A stretch of 64,000 nt of DNA, taken from assembly GCA_024277895.1 (NCBI GenBank), contig JAJRUH010000023.1:1210-65209 (forward strand), given 5' to 3'. This DNA is from Bacteroidota bacterium. Lineage in GTDB: Bacteria > Bacteroidota > Bacteroidia > Bacteroidales > JAADGE01. Each line of letters opens with the position of its first letter. Position 1 is the first letter of the stretch. The translations under genes and the position numbers were made by a program. The notes under the pieces were generated by a model that saw only the letters and a list, made by a program, of their open reading frames with translations, searched no databases and had not been told where the DNA came from. Shown in pieces: positions 45,103 through 54,513 of this stretch.

Positions 45103-45714
45103 ATGAAAAAATTACTTCTTATTCTGATAATAATAATTCCCGTTAAGGTTTTCAGCCAACTGTATTACTACCCGATTACAGATGCAAATATTAACAAAAC
45201 TCAAAAATTCTTTTTTGTTGACAACCATAAAATACTTTGGAAAATGAAAATGAAAAAGACAGTAAAACCCTTAATTAAAGATTTACCCTATAAAACAATT
45301 AAATACTACGATTATATCAGCCCGAAAGAATATCTGATTACAGACGATTATATTTTTTTCCCGAATGATAAAAGTTTAATAGTTCTTAACCGAAAAGGTA
45401 AATTGATAATGAATATGACAGCTCCTCGCAAACAACTCTTTGACAGTACCGAATTCAGTAAATTTACAATATCAACTCCGGGCGGAACTTGTGAAGGTAA
45501 TGCAGGAAAAGGTTATTTTATGGAATTTTGCGGTGATTATTTGTTTTATGTTACAGGAAATAAAATGATTTGTTTGGACAGAAAAAATTTTGAAATAATT
45601 GAAGAATACGACTTTAAAGATTTTAAAAACAGGGCAAAAGCCCCGTTTCATAAATATATTTTCGAAGCCGTCGAATTTACGATAGAAATTGAAGGTAAAG
45701 ATCTTATAAATTAA
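45103..45714 (+). CDS. Hypothetical secreted protein
   Basis: 203 aa. Signal-like N-terminus MKKLLLILIIIIPVKVFSQ. No family recognised. Confidence 0.4.
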   Translation: MKKLLLILIIIIPVKVFSQLYYYPITDANINKTQKFFFVDNHKILWKMKMKKTVKPLIKDLPYKTIKYYDYISPKEYLITDDYIFFPNDKSLIVLNRKGKLIMNMTAPRKQLFDSTEFSKFTISTPGGTCEGNAGKGYFMEFCGDYLFYVTGNKMICLDRKNFEIIEEYDFKDFKNRAKAPFHKYIFEAVEFTIEIEGKDLIN

Positions 45715-45720
45715 TTTGTC

Positions 45721-46101
45721 CTATAACAGTATCGAAAAAGCGATATTCTCCGAAGTATCAACAACTTTTAAGCAGTAACTCGTAAAAGCCGACATAAATT
45801 TCGCACCTGCACGAATTATTTTTGAATTTGTAATAAGCCAAACACATTTTATTTGTTCTTTAAGTTCTTTTAACTCTTTTTGCCATATTTTTTGAGCCTT
45901 CAAATCAAAACCTTTCATATTAAGAGAATCCCATATTACTATCACCTTATCCTCTCCTAAAGTATCAAAAAAATCTCTCCACTCAGCAACTGCAATTTCT
46001 GCATCTTCAGCACTAAAATGTCCGGTAAACGTAAATTTCAAACAATCTTCCCCTTTAAAGGAAACTAACTCTATTACAGGATTTAATTTTTTTTCGGTCA
46101 T
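45721..46101 (-). CDS. Hypothetical protein (possibly STAS/SpoIIAA-like fold)
   Basis: 126 aa. The alternating strand/helix pattern is the only hint, so the family call is weak. Confidence 0.35.
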   Translation of the reverse strand: MTEKKLNPVIELVSFKGEDCLKFTFTGHFSAEDAEIAVAEWRDFFDTLGEDKVIVIWDSLNMKGFDLKAQKIWQKELKELKEQIKCVWLITNSKIIRAGAKFMSAFTSYCLKVVDTSENIAFSILL

Positions 46102-46251
46102 AAAATTTTGTTTATATATATAATTCGCAATTTGTACACAGAACCTGTTTTATTAATTCAACACCCTAAGCGTTATCAGTCTTTTCTTTTAATTGTTATA
46201 ACGAAATTATTAAAATAAAGTTTCAAATTATGCTGTCTAACATTGTCGTAA

Positions 46252-46274
46252 GACTGTTATATAATATAACAGTC
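46252..46274. promoter_or_regulatory. Perfect 11-bp inverted repeat (candidate operator)
   Basis: gactgttatat-a-atataacagtc, about 80 nt upstream of the probable ATG at 46354. Confidence 0.3.
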
Positions 46275-46353
46275 AATAAAATTTAATTTCTGTTTGTTTC
46301 ATTTTTATTACTTTAGCATTTTGAATATATTTTGTAAAAAAATCAACCGTAAA

Positions 46354-48725
46354 ATGAAAACACATACTAAAAGATTACTTTTTATAATAAGTTTTATAAC
46401 TCTTTCAACAATAAACTTCTCGTGGACAAGCGTGTTCAAATATGATTTCGGAAATTTAAAAAATAAAAGTTATTACAAAACACTTTTTAATGAAGCAGAA
46501 CAATTAAAATTAGCTGATGCCGATAACTATTATGCTAAAGGAAATACAAAAATGCTCGAAGCTGAAAAATATTTCAGAAAAGCAGACGGATTTAAAAAAG
46601 TTGCTGAAAATTACGGCGGCAGAACTTTAAAAAAGGCAAAACATTATGAAAAAAAAGGAGTGAAAAGTTCATTAAAAGCATATGATTCTTTTTTTAAAGC
46701 ATCGGATTTAAAATTTAATATTTATTCCGAAAAATTAAAAAATATGAATTCCGATAACTCAAAAAAATGCTTAAAGCAGAAGAAATTGCTATAAACGCTC
46801 GTTCAATATATATAGACGGAACAGAATTAAAAGCCCAAGCCGAAAAGCTGAAAGGCAAAACCAAAGTTGATGCTTTTAAACTTGCTTTTGATAAGCATTT
46901 GGAAGCAATACATAATCAAGAAATTGCTTTTAAAATATATATGAATGATCCTGATATTATTTATAACAAAAATACAGATAAAATAACTGACTCTTATAAC
47001 ACAAATAATAAACAAAAAGAAGCAACTTATTCAAATAAAGACAATAATAATTTAGCAGATAAAGATATTTATAACTCTGATAATGACCCTAATATATACA
47101 ACTCAAAAGAAGAATTTATTATCAGCAAATTAAATATGAGCCAAAAAGATCTTTCAGCCCTTGCAGATGCAAAAGATAAAAAAATATACGCTGACAAAAT
47201 AGCTGATGATATTGACAGTGATTACGAAAAAATTCAAAAAATAAGAACCGAAGCCGATGCGTCGAAAGATGAATATGAAAAAGAAATGAAAAATAAAATG
47301 GCGTCCGGTTTAGAAGATGTGTTCTTTAACAAAATGCTGAAAGCTGCTGATTTGTATTTCAATGCAGATAAGACAAAATATGACATTTACAACAAATATT
47401 TACCTGCTGCAAGAAATTCAAATAAAATTAATGAAGCTCGAAAATTTGAAACCAACGCAGAAAAACTTAATGCCTCAGCATTACAAAAATATCATAAAGC
47501 AAATTTTTATTCAGGGCACAAATCAGATAAATACATTCAAATAATGGATGCTGTACAAACAGAACTTTCGGCAATTCAAGAGCAGGAAAATGCTTACAGT
47601 ATATATTTTAACAAACCCGCCAAAGCAATAACACCGCCGATTGTAAACCAAGAAACAAATAATAATAACACAAGCAATGAATTAACTTATAATTACTCAG
47701 GTTCATATATGTATTCAAAATACAATCCTAAACCTGTTCCTGTAAAATATAAAAACGGTATTGTGTTCAAAGTGCAAGTCGGTTTGTTTAAGGAACTTTT
47801 ACCGCTTTCAAAATACGGAAAATATTCTCCGATAAGCTATGATACTTTTAAAAATAATCCTTACAAAAGATTTATGGTCGGCGAATACAGGAGTTATAAA
47901 GCTGCCGAATACGTACTTAATAAGATTAGAGGAAAGGGTTTAACCGATCCGTTTATCGTTGCTTATGAAAACGGAGTAAAAAAATCAGCAACATACGGAA
48001 TATCTAAAATTATTCGCGATAAAGATTTTGAAAAAACAGAAACAAAAGAAATGTCCTTACTGACGGGCGGAGTTTATAAAAACAATAACAATTCTGATTA
48101 TCAAACAACATACAATCACAACAGTACCGAAGGTATAAAAGACATTTCAAAATTTAACGGTTTAATTTATTGTGTTCAACTCGGTAATTTCTCAGCACCC
48201 AAGCAAAAAACAGATTTTCCCGGTGTTCAAAATTTGATATCGGAAAACAATAAAGCCGCATACAAGTATTTAGCCGGACCTTATTCAAGTTATGAAGAAG
48301 CAAAAAATGAAAGCAAACAACTTAATAATAAGGGATATGAAGGAACTTTTGTTGTTGCATACAATTACGGCACAAAAATCAGTTTAAACAAAGCTGCCGA
48401 AATTAAAAAATCAGGCAACATTAATATCAAAACAACGAATAAAACCGACATATGGTTTACAGTTCAAATTGCAGCCTATTCGCACAAATTAAATGATGCC
48501 GAGATGCAGGAATTTGGTAAACTCGCCGACAAATATACCATAAATGTCAAACAAATTGACGGCGGATTATTTCTATATACCATAGGAAAATATGCAAGCT
48601 ATAAAGAAGCTGCAGCAATAAAAAAAGAAATAAAAACTCTGCATTATGACGGTTTTGTAATTGCTTTTCAAAACGGCATAAAAATCAGTGCTTATAAAGC
48701 AATTGAACTTTTAAAAGGTAAATAA
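46354..48725 (+). pseudogene. SPOR-domain envelope protein split into two ORFs at an A7 tract (46354..46794 and 46767..48725)
   Basis: The first ORF supplies the signal/TM segment (MKTHTKRLLFIISFITLSTINF) and helical K/A/Y-rich repeats. The second ORF continues the same repeat style, lacks any signal peptide and ends in three SPOR-like modules (FKVQVGLF..., YCVQLGNF..., FTVQIAAY...). The frames differ by -1 across aaaaaaa at 46761-46767. Confidence 0.6.
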
Positions 48726-48813
48726 TTATACTGTTTAACTTCTTTTATACTTTCTGAATAATATCTTGTTTTGAATCTTTGACATATTGAAAATAAGGTA
48801 AAATATTTAAAGC

Positions 48814-48841
48814 GGTTCGTCTTTCGACGAATCACTTTTTT
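48814..48841 (+). terminator. Intrinsic terminator
   Basis: Stem ggttcgtc / gacgaatc (one G-U pair) with loop tttc, then ac + T6. Confidence 0.65.
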
Positions 48842-48867
48842 ATCTGTTCAATATTTAATTAAAATCC

Positions 48868-48875
48868 TATCTTTG
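48868..48875 (+). promoter_or_regulatory. Bacteroidota -7 promoter box (TAnnTTTG)
   Basis: tatctttg, 22 nt upstream of the GTG start at 48898. Confidence 0.4.
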
Positions 48876-48897
48876 CAAAAATTTTCAACTTTTTAAT

Positions 48898-50214
48898 GTG
48901 ACTTTTGACGAATTAAATATAAGCAAACCGCTTTTAAAAGCAATTGAAGATATCGGTTTTATAAATCCTACGCCCGTTCAGGAAAAAACTTTTTCGGTAA
49001 TTATGTCAGGAAGAGATGTAGTCGGAGTTGCACAAACCGGAACCGGTAAAACATTTGCCTATCTTCTGCCGATTTTAAAACAGTTAACATATTCCGAACA
49101 AAGACATCCGCGAGTTTTAATCCTCGTCCCTACCCGAGAACTTGTTATCCAAATAATCGGTGAACTTGATAAATTAACCGAATATATGACTGTACGCTAT
49201 GCCGGCATATACGGAGGAACAAACATAAACACGCAAAAAAAAGTTGTTTATGCGGGACTTGACATTCTGGTAGCTGCTCCGGGAAGACTTTACGATTTAA
49301 CAATGACCGGATTATTACGTTTAAAGAATATTCAAAAAGTCGTTATTGATGAAGTTGATGAAATGTTGAATCTCGGATTTCGTCCGCAACTGATGAGTAT
49401 CTTTGAAATTTTACCGAAAAAAAGGCAAAATTTAATGTTTTCGGCAACCTTAACTCCTGAAGTTGAAACTTTTATTAATAATTTCTTTACTTCTCCTTTG
49501 AAAATTGAAATTGCATCTCACGGTACTCCCATCAATAAAATTTTACAATCCGTTTACCGAGTGCCGAATTACAACACCAAAATTAATCTTCTGAATTTAC
49601 TTTTGAAAGATAAAGCATTTGAAAAAGTATTGGTTTTTGTGTCCGGAAAACGAATTGCAGACAGAGTAATTGAAAGTTTATTACCTGAATTTAAAGAAGA
49701 ATCCGCCGCAATTCACTCTAACAAATCGCAAAATTTAAGAATAAAAACATTAGAACGTTTTCATAAAAGTGAATTACGACTATTAGTTGCCACAGATATT
49801 GCCGCTCGCGGATTGGACATTTCCGATGTCAGCCATGTTATTAACTTCAGCATTCCCGAAACACCCGGAGATTACATTCATCGCATAGGGCGAACAGGAA
49901 GGGCAGATAAACCGGGCAAAGCAATCAGTTTTATTACTGAAAAAGAAACAGATTTTTTAATTCAAATTGAAGAAATGATGCAAAAATCTGTACCTGTTAA
50001 AAATTTGCCTGAAAATTTAAAAATATCAAGCGTATTAACCGAAAGCGAAAAAGTTAATTTATACGATAAGAATTACTTAAAAGTACGCCATTTGCAGGAA
50101 ACAAAAGGAGCGTTTCAAAATAAAAAAGAGAAAAATAAAAAGATAAATTCCGGAAGTCCTTCAAAAAAGCGGAAACGGAATAAAAAAAAGATAAAAAGAA
50201 GCGGAAAAAGATAA
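48898..50214 (+). CDS. DEAD-box ATP-dependent RNA helicase (RhlE-like) with Lys/Arg-rich tail
   Basis: 438 aa with a GTG start. Q motif FINPTPVQ, AQTGTGKT, VIDEVDEML (DEVD variant), SAT, HRIGRTGR. Confidence 0.9.
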   Translation: MTFDELNISKPLLKAIEDIGFINPTPVQEKTFSVIMSGRDVVGVAQTGTGKTFAYLLPILKQLTYSEQRHPRVLILVPTRELVIQIIGELDKLTEYMTVRYAGIYGGTNINTQKKVVYAGLDILVAAPGRLYDLTMTGLLRLKNIQKVVIDEVDEMLNLGFRPQLMSIFEILPKKRQNLMFSATLTPEVETFINNFFTSPLKIEIASHGTPINKILQSVYRVPNYNTKINLLNLLLKDKAFEKVLVFVSGKRIADRVIESLLPEFKEESAAIHSNKSQNLRIKTLERFHKSELRLLVATDIAARGLDISDVSHVINFSIPETPGDYIHRIGRTGRADKPGKAISFITEKETDFLIQIEEMMQKSVPVKNLPENLKISSVLTESEKVNLYDKNYLKVRHLQETKGAFQNKKEKNKKINSGSPSKKRKRNKKKIKRSGKR

Positions 50215-50280
50215 ATTGAAATCAGTTAAAAGTATAGATTAAAAAGTAATTCACAATTCTTGACTTAAAAAGATTTAAAA

Positions 50281-50886
50281 ATGAATGAAGAAACCAAACT
50301 TCCCGATAATATAATTTATTCACAAGAAATCATTGAATTTGTTACCGTTGCAAATGAATTTTGCAAAATTCTGGAAAACTTAAATGATTTTTCTTTGAAA
50401 AGTTTTGTTGAGAACGTTTATAAAATAAGTTCATTACTTCATTTAAAAGCATTAGGTTTGCCGAAACCCGAGATTTCAAATAAAATGCCTTCGGAAACTT
50501 TTATAACAGAAGCTGATTGGCATTACATTGATTCTGCAATAAGTAAAAAACTCGGACAATATGAAGTTTACACAGATTTATTTGAACCCGGAGACACTTC
50601 TGCACCTGTAAATATAAGTATGTCAGAATGTTTGACAGACACCTATCAGGATTTAAAAGATTTTACAAAAATTTATCAAATAGCCGGAGAAGATGAAATA
50701 CTTAATGCAATTACAGATTGCAAAAGTAATTTTGAACAATTATGGGGTTCTCGTATAATAATCGTATTGAAAGAATTCCATAATCTGTTATACGGAAATG
50801 AAGAATTAAAAGAAGAAGATACGGATATTTCTGCAGAAATTGCAAAAGGAAAAAATTGGGTTGATAATATATTTACGGACGAATAA
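50281..50886 (+). CDS. Hypothetical cytoplasmic protein (possibly DUF5063-like)
   Basis: 201 aa, acidic. The family assignment is from vague recollection only. Confidence 0.4.
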   Translation: MNEETKLPDNIIYSQEIIEFVTVANEFCKILENLNDFSLKSFVENVYKISSLLHLKALGLPKPEISNKMPSETFITEADWHYIDSAISKKLGQYEVYTDLFEPGDTSAPVNISMSECLTDTYQDLKDFTKIYQIAGEDEILNAITDCKSNFEQLWGSRIIIVLKEFHNLLYGNEELKEEDTDISAEIAKGKNWVDNIFTDE

Positions 50887-51646
50887 TAAAATTATCGGCA
50901 TCTTTTCCTGCCGGGAATTTTTCTCTGAATTTATTTAGTTCCGATAAATCCAAATTCAAAGTTTCGATATTTTCCTCATCGGGTTTTGTTTTGCTTATTT
51001 TATTTCCTTTAGGGTCGTAAACGGCGGAATCACCCGAATGATAAACTCCGTTTCCGTCATTGCCGATTCGATTTACTCCGATTACAAACGACAGATTTTC
51101 AATTGCTCTGGCTTTCAGGAGAGTTTTCCAAGCATCGTTTCTGCGTTGGGGCCAATTGGCAACATAAATCAGCAAATCGTAATTAAATTTGTTTCTGCTC
51201 CAAACCGGAAAACGTAAATCGTAACATATCAAAGGCATAATTTTCAATCCTTTTAATGAAGCAAGCAAATGTTCTTTCCCTTGCGAATAAAATTTGTCTT
51301 CTCCGGCAAAAGAAAAAAGATGTCTTTTATCGTAGGTTTCATAAGTGCCGTCGGGCTTCATCCAAATTAACGTGTTGTAATAATTCCCTGCTTTTTCGGT
51401 TATTACGGTTCCTGTAACAACGGCATTTTTCTTTTCGGAAAACTTTTTCATCGCCGAAATTACCTTATCCTGAAACGGTGCAAACTTCTCGGGGTTCATA
51501 GAAAAACCGGTTGCAAACATTTCGGACAAAACAATTAAATTTGTTTCTTCGGTTATTGAATTTATTTTATTCTCAAAGTTATGAAGATTTGCTTCAATAT
51601 TTTCCCAAACTAAATCGGACTGTATTATTGTTACTTTTAAGTTCAT
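50873..51646 (-). CDS. Carbon-nitrogen hydrolase (nitrilase superfamily, omega-amidase YafV-like)
   Basis: 257 aa. Catalytic triad context LSEMF (Glu), YDKRHLF (Lys), LICYDLRFP (Cys). Confidence 0.85.
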   Translation of the reverse strand: MNLKVTIIQSDLVWENIEANLHNFENKINSITEETNLIVLSEMFATGFSMNPEKFAPFQDKVISAMKKFSEKKNAVVTGTVITEKAGNYYNTLIWMKPDGTYETYDKRHLFSFAGEDKFYSQGKEHLLASLKGLKIMPLICYDLRFPVWSRNKFNYDLLIYVANWPQRRNDAWKTLLKARAIENLSFVIGVNRIGNDGNGVYHSGDSAVYDPKGNKISKTKPDEENIETLNLDLSELNKFREKFPAGKDADNFIIRP

Positions 51647-51650
51647 TTTA

Positions 51651-51908
51651 TTTTTTTCTCACACAGATTTCACGGATTTCACAGATATTTTTTTTTGCAA
51701 TATTATTTCTGTGGTATCCGTGTGATACTTTTTTCTCACACAGATTTCACGGACTTCACAGATATTTTTTTTACAATCTTATTTCTGTGGTATCAGCGTG
51801 ATACTTTTTTCTCACACAGATTTCACGGATTTCACAGATGTTTTTTTTTGCAATATTATTTCTGTGGTATCTGTGATATCAGCGTGATACTTTTTTCTCA
51901 TACAGATT
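51651..51908. repeat. Tandem repeat array, 76-86-nt units, 3 full copies plus a partial
   Basis: Units start with ctcacacagatttcac at 51658, 51735 and 51811, with a partial copy at 51897. Unit: ctcacacagatttcacggatttcacagat-T-run-(g/a)caat(a/c)ttatt-tctgtggtatc...gtgatac-tttttt. Confidence 0.9.
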
Positions 51909-52287
51909 AAATATTCCCGTTAATATATCTTTTTATTCCGTTATTTATATCATTTTCACTGAAATTTATTAACAAACCCAATTTGCATTCGTATAATTTA
52001 ACATAAGTCGCCAATTGTTTAAAATGCACTTTTGCAAGTGTTTCAACCGATTTTATCTCAATTATAACTTTATTTTCAACAATCAAGTCCGCCCTAAACC
52101 CGTGATCCATTTTTATATCTTTCCAAATTACCGGTATAGATTTTTGTCTTTCTGTTTTTAACCCTGCATTTTGTAATTCATAAAATAAAATTTCTTCATA
52201 TACAGACTCTAACAAACCGGGTCCGAGTTCATTATAAATATCATAAACAATACCTCTGATTTTATATGATATATCATTTTCGTTCAT
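51907..52287 (-). CDS. GxxExxY protein (PD-(D/E)XK nuclease superfamily)
   Basis: 126 aa. GPGLLESVYEE is the GxxExxY motif. RADLIVENKVIIEIK matches a D...E-x-K nuclease core. Confidence 0.85.
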   Translation of the reverse strand: MNENDISYKIRGIVYDIYNELGPGLLESVYEEILFYELQNAGLKTERQKSIPVIWKDIKMDHGFRADLIVENKVIIEIKSVETLAKVHFKQLATYVKLYECKLGLLINFSENDINNGIKRYINGNI

Positions 52288-52310
52288 ATTATTTATTTTG
52301 ATAATTTTTA

Positions 52311-52636
52311 TTTTTTTCTCACACAGATTTCACAAATTTCACAGATGTTTTTTTACAATCTTATTTCTGTGGTATCTGTGGTATCTGTGTGATACTTTTT
52401 TCTCACACAGATTTCGCAGATTTCACAGATATTATTCCTCATTTATTATTCTGTGGTATCTGTGGTATCCGTGTGATACTTTTTTTCTCACACAGATTTC
52501 TCAAATTTCACAGATGTTTTTTTACAATCTTATTTCTGTGGTATCTGTGGTATCAGCGTGAAACTTTTTTCTCACACAGATTTCTCAGATTTCACAGATG
52601 TTTTTTTTACAATATTATTTCTGTGGTATCTGTGCA
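52311..52636. repeat. Tandem repeat array, 84-85-nt units, 4 copies, same family and orientation as 51651-51908
   Basis: Units start at 52318, 52402, 52487 and 52571. The extra length comes from a duplicated tctgtggtatc sub-repeat. Confidence 0.9.
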
Positions 52637-52643
52637 AAATATT

Positions 52644-53198
52644 TTAATCAATAACAAATTTTCCCTTATGAAGCCCTTCCATTCCTCTGTAATGTTCTTT
52701 TATTGCTTGTATATCTTTGTCGAAATTTCCGCTTGGTTTAAATTCTCCGATAAAACCGGCAGATTTTGATTTAAAATCGGAAAAAGTAAGATAAATCGGA
52801 ACATTTGCTTCAAGTGCAATTCTGTAGAAACCGCTTTTCCAATTCGGATTCGGAGCTCTTGTTCCTTCAGGAGTTATCGCCAATATCATTTTATCTGCTT
52901 TTTTAAATTCATCGGCAATTTGTTTTACTATACCGCCCGGATATTGCCTGTTTATAGGAATTGCTCCCCAGCGACTTATTAACCGATCCATCGGGAAAAA
53001 GAAAAATTCTTTTTTTACCATTATTTTCGGTTCCATTCCTACAGCCCAATTATACATTTTACCCCAAACCATATCCCAGATGCTCGTATGCGGAGCCAAA
53101 ACACATACATATTTAGGAACATCGGGAACTTCTCCTGCAAATTTCCAACCTATAATTTTAAAAAATGTTTTTCCTATGAACTTTTTAAATGATGCCAT
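52644..53198 (-). CDS. 1-acyl-sn-glycerol-3-phosphate acyltransferase family protein (PlsC-like)
   Basis: 184 aa. H-X4-D box APHTSIWD and ITPEGTR motif. Confidence 0.8.
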   Translation of the reverse strand: MASFKKFIGKTFFKIIGWKFAGEVPDVPKYVCVLAPHTSIWDMVWGKMYNWAVGMEPKIMVKKEFFFFPMDRLISRWGAIPINRQYPGGIVKQIADEFKKADKMILAITPEGTRAPNPNWKSGFYRIALEANVPIYLTFSDFKSKSAGFIGEFKPSGNFDKDIQAIKEHYRGMEGLHKGKFVID

Positions 53199-53205
53199 AA
53201 TATTT

Positions 53206-54513
53206 TTATTCGGTAGTTTTTAGTTTAGAATTTGTATCGTCAAACACAAATATAAAATAATTTAAGAAGTATAAAAAGAAGACAATGCCGGCAATAGTAT
53301 TCAGCATAGATTCGAATAAGAAATTAAACCCGGTAATTAAAAGAAATGCAAAAAATAAGTAATTTTTTCTTTTGAAAGAAATTATAATCGGATAAACAAA
53401 CAAAGCAAGCAACAGTAAAAAACCAAAAATTCCGTATAAAACAAATTCTTCAAGAAATTGATTGTGAACATTTAAACTTTGTAAATTAACTTTCTCGGGT
53501 GTCAGTTTTGTATATTTCTGATATTCTTTATTAAAGTTTACCTGAAAATTTTCTTTTCCGATTCCCGTTAAATAATTTTCTTTTATAATATTAACCGCCG
53601 ATGTCCATAATCCTATTCTGGCAGGAGCTTCGCCGGAAATTATTGTTTTCTCTTTTTGTTCTGTTTCAATAATTTGATTTATAGTTCTTTTTACTCTTTT
53701 ATTCTGAACTGCGATAAAAATCATTAATACAATTAAGCCGAGCGTAACAATTTTATAAATAATTTTTCCGTTAAAGAATATTTTATGAACAAGTTGCCAA
53801 GAAAGAAGTATTATTAATGAAATTATTCCGGCTCTTGATTCCAACAAGTATATCATCAAAATAAAAAACAGCAAAACAAACCAAAAAATAATATTTCTTT
53901 TTTTTGATTTGAATAAGTCCGATTTTTCTTTTAAATAAAACAAAATTGCCGAAGAAAAAACTATAAACATACTGAAATAACTTCTGTGATGGAAAACAGA
54001 AAGATTAGAATTAGTAAAATAGCTAAATTTGTTTATGTCATAAGAATTAAATACAAAAACACCTTCCGAAAAATGAAATGAATTATAAAATGCCGTTCCT
54101 AAACAAATTAAAGACATCAACACATTTGACAGAACAAACAATTTTAAAAATAAGTATTTTTTATTTTTGAAATTTGTTCCGGACAATGCAAAAAGTAAGG
54201 GAAAAATTAACAATGATAATTTTTGAGTAATATTTTTTGCGATAATTTCTTTATTTCCGGCAAAAAAATATTCACCCGAAACAAGAAAAAATAATGTTAA
54301 TTGAAGTATGAAGATTATAATTATAAATCGACTGTTTAGATTTATTTTTATACGCTGTTTAAAATTTAATTCTGCAACGGAAAACAACAACCAAGCAACT
54401 ATAAAATCCGACAAAACCCAACGATACGAAGGTATCCAAAAAGCAATTACAAGTGCGAAAAACAGCGATGCGTTTTTCACAAAATCGTAATATTTTGATT
54501 TTTGTCCCGTCAA
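53206..54513 (-). CDS. O-antigen ligase/polymerase family membrane protein (Wzy_C-type)
   Basis: 435 aa, about 10-12 TM helices, LESRAGIISLIILL block typical of Wzy_C. Confidence 0.7.
   Translation of the reverse strand: MTGQKSKYYDFVKNASLFFALVIAFWIPSYRWVLSDFIVAWLLFSVAELNFKQRIKINLNSRFIIIIFILQLTLFFLVSGEYFFAGNKEIIAKNITQKLSLLIFPLLFALSGTNFKNKKYLFLKLFVLSNVLMSLICLGTAFYNSFHFSEGVFVFNSYDINKFSYFTNSNLSVFHHRSYFSMFIVFSSAILFYLKEKSDLFKSKKRNIIFWFVLLFFILMIYLLESRAGIISLIILLSWQLVHKIFFNGKIIYKIVTLGLIVLMIFIAVQNKRVKRTINQIIETEQKEKTIISGEAPARIGLWTSAVNIIKENYLTGIGKENFQVNFNKEYQKYTKLTPEKVNLQSLNVHNQFLEEFVLYGIFGFLLLLALFVYPIIISFKRKNYLFFAFLLITGFNFLFESMLNTIAGIVFFLYFLNYFIFVFDDTNSKLKTTE

Noticed and set aside
50873-50886. 14-nt 3'-end overlap of the convergent genes 50281..50886 and 50873..51646 as a sign of a mis-call
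   Set aside because: Both ORFs end in plausible C-termini, and short convergent overlaps are common. I see nothing further to pursue.
51651-52636. Possible CRISPR array around the GxxExxY gene
   Set aside because: The units are head-to-tail tandem repeats of 76-86 nt with no unique spacers between them, and no cas genes are present. This is a tandem repeat, not a CRISPR array.
51511-52769. Track ORFs 51511..51801, 51695..51910, 52298..52561 and 52389..52769 (peptides rich in FSHRFHGFHR / LWYLWY)
   Set aside because: They are translations of the repeat arrays, with low-complexity periodic peptides and overlaps in several frames. Not credible genes.
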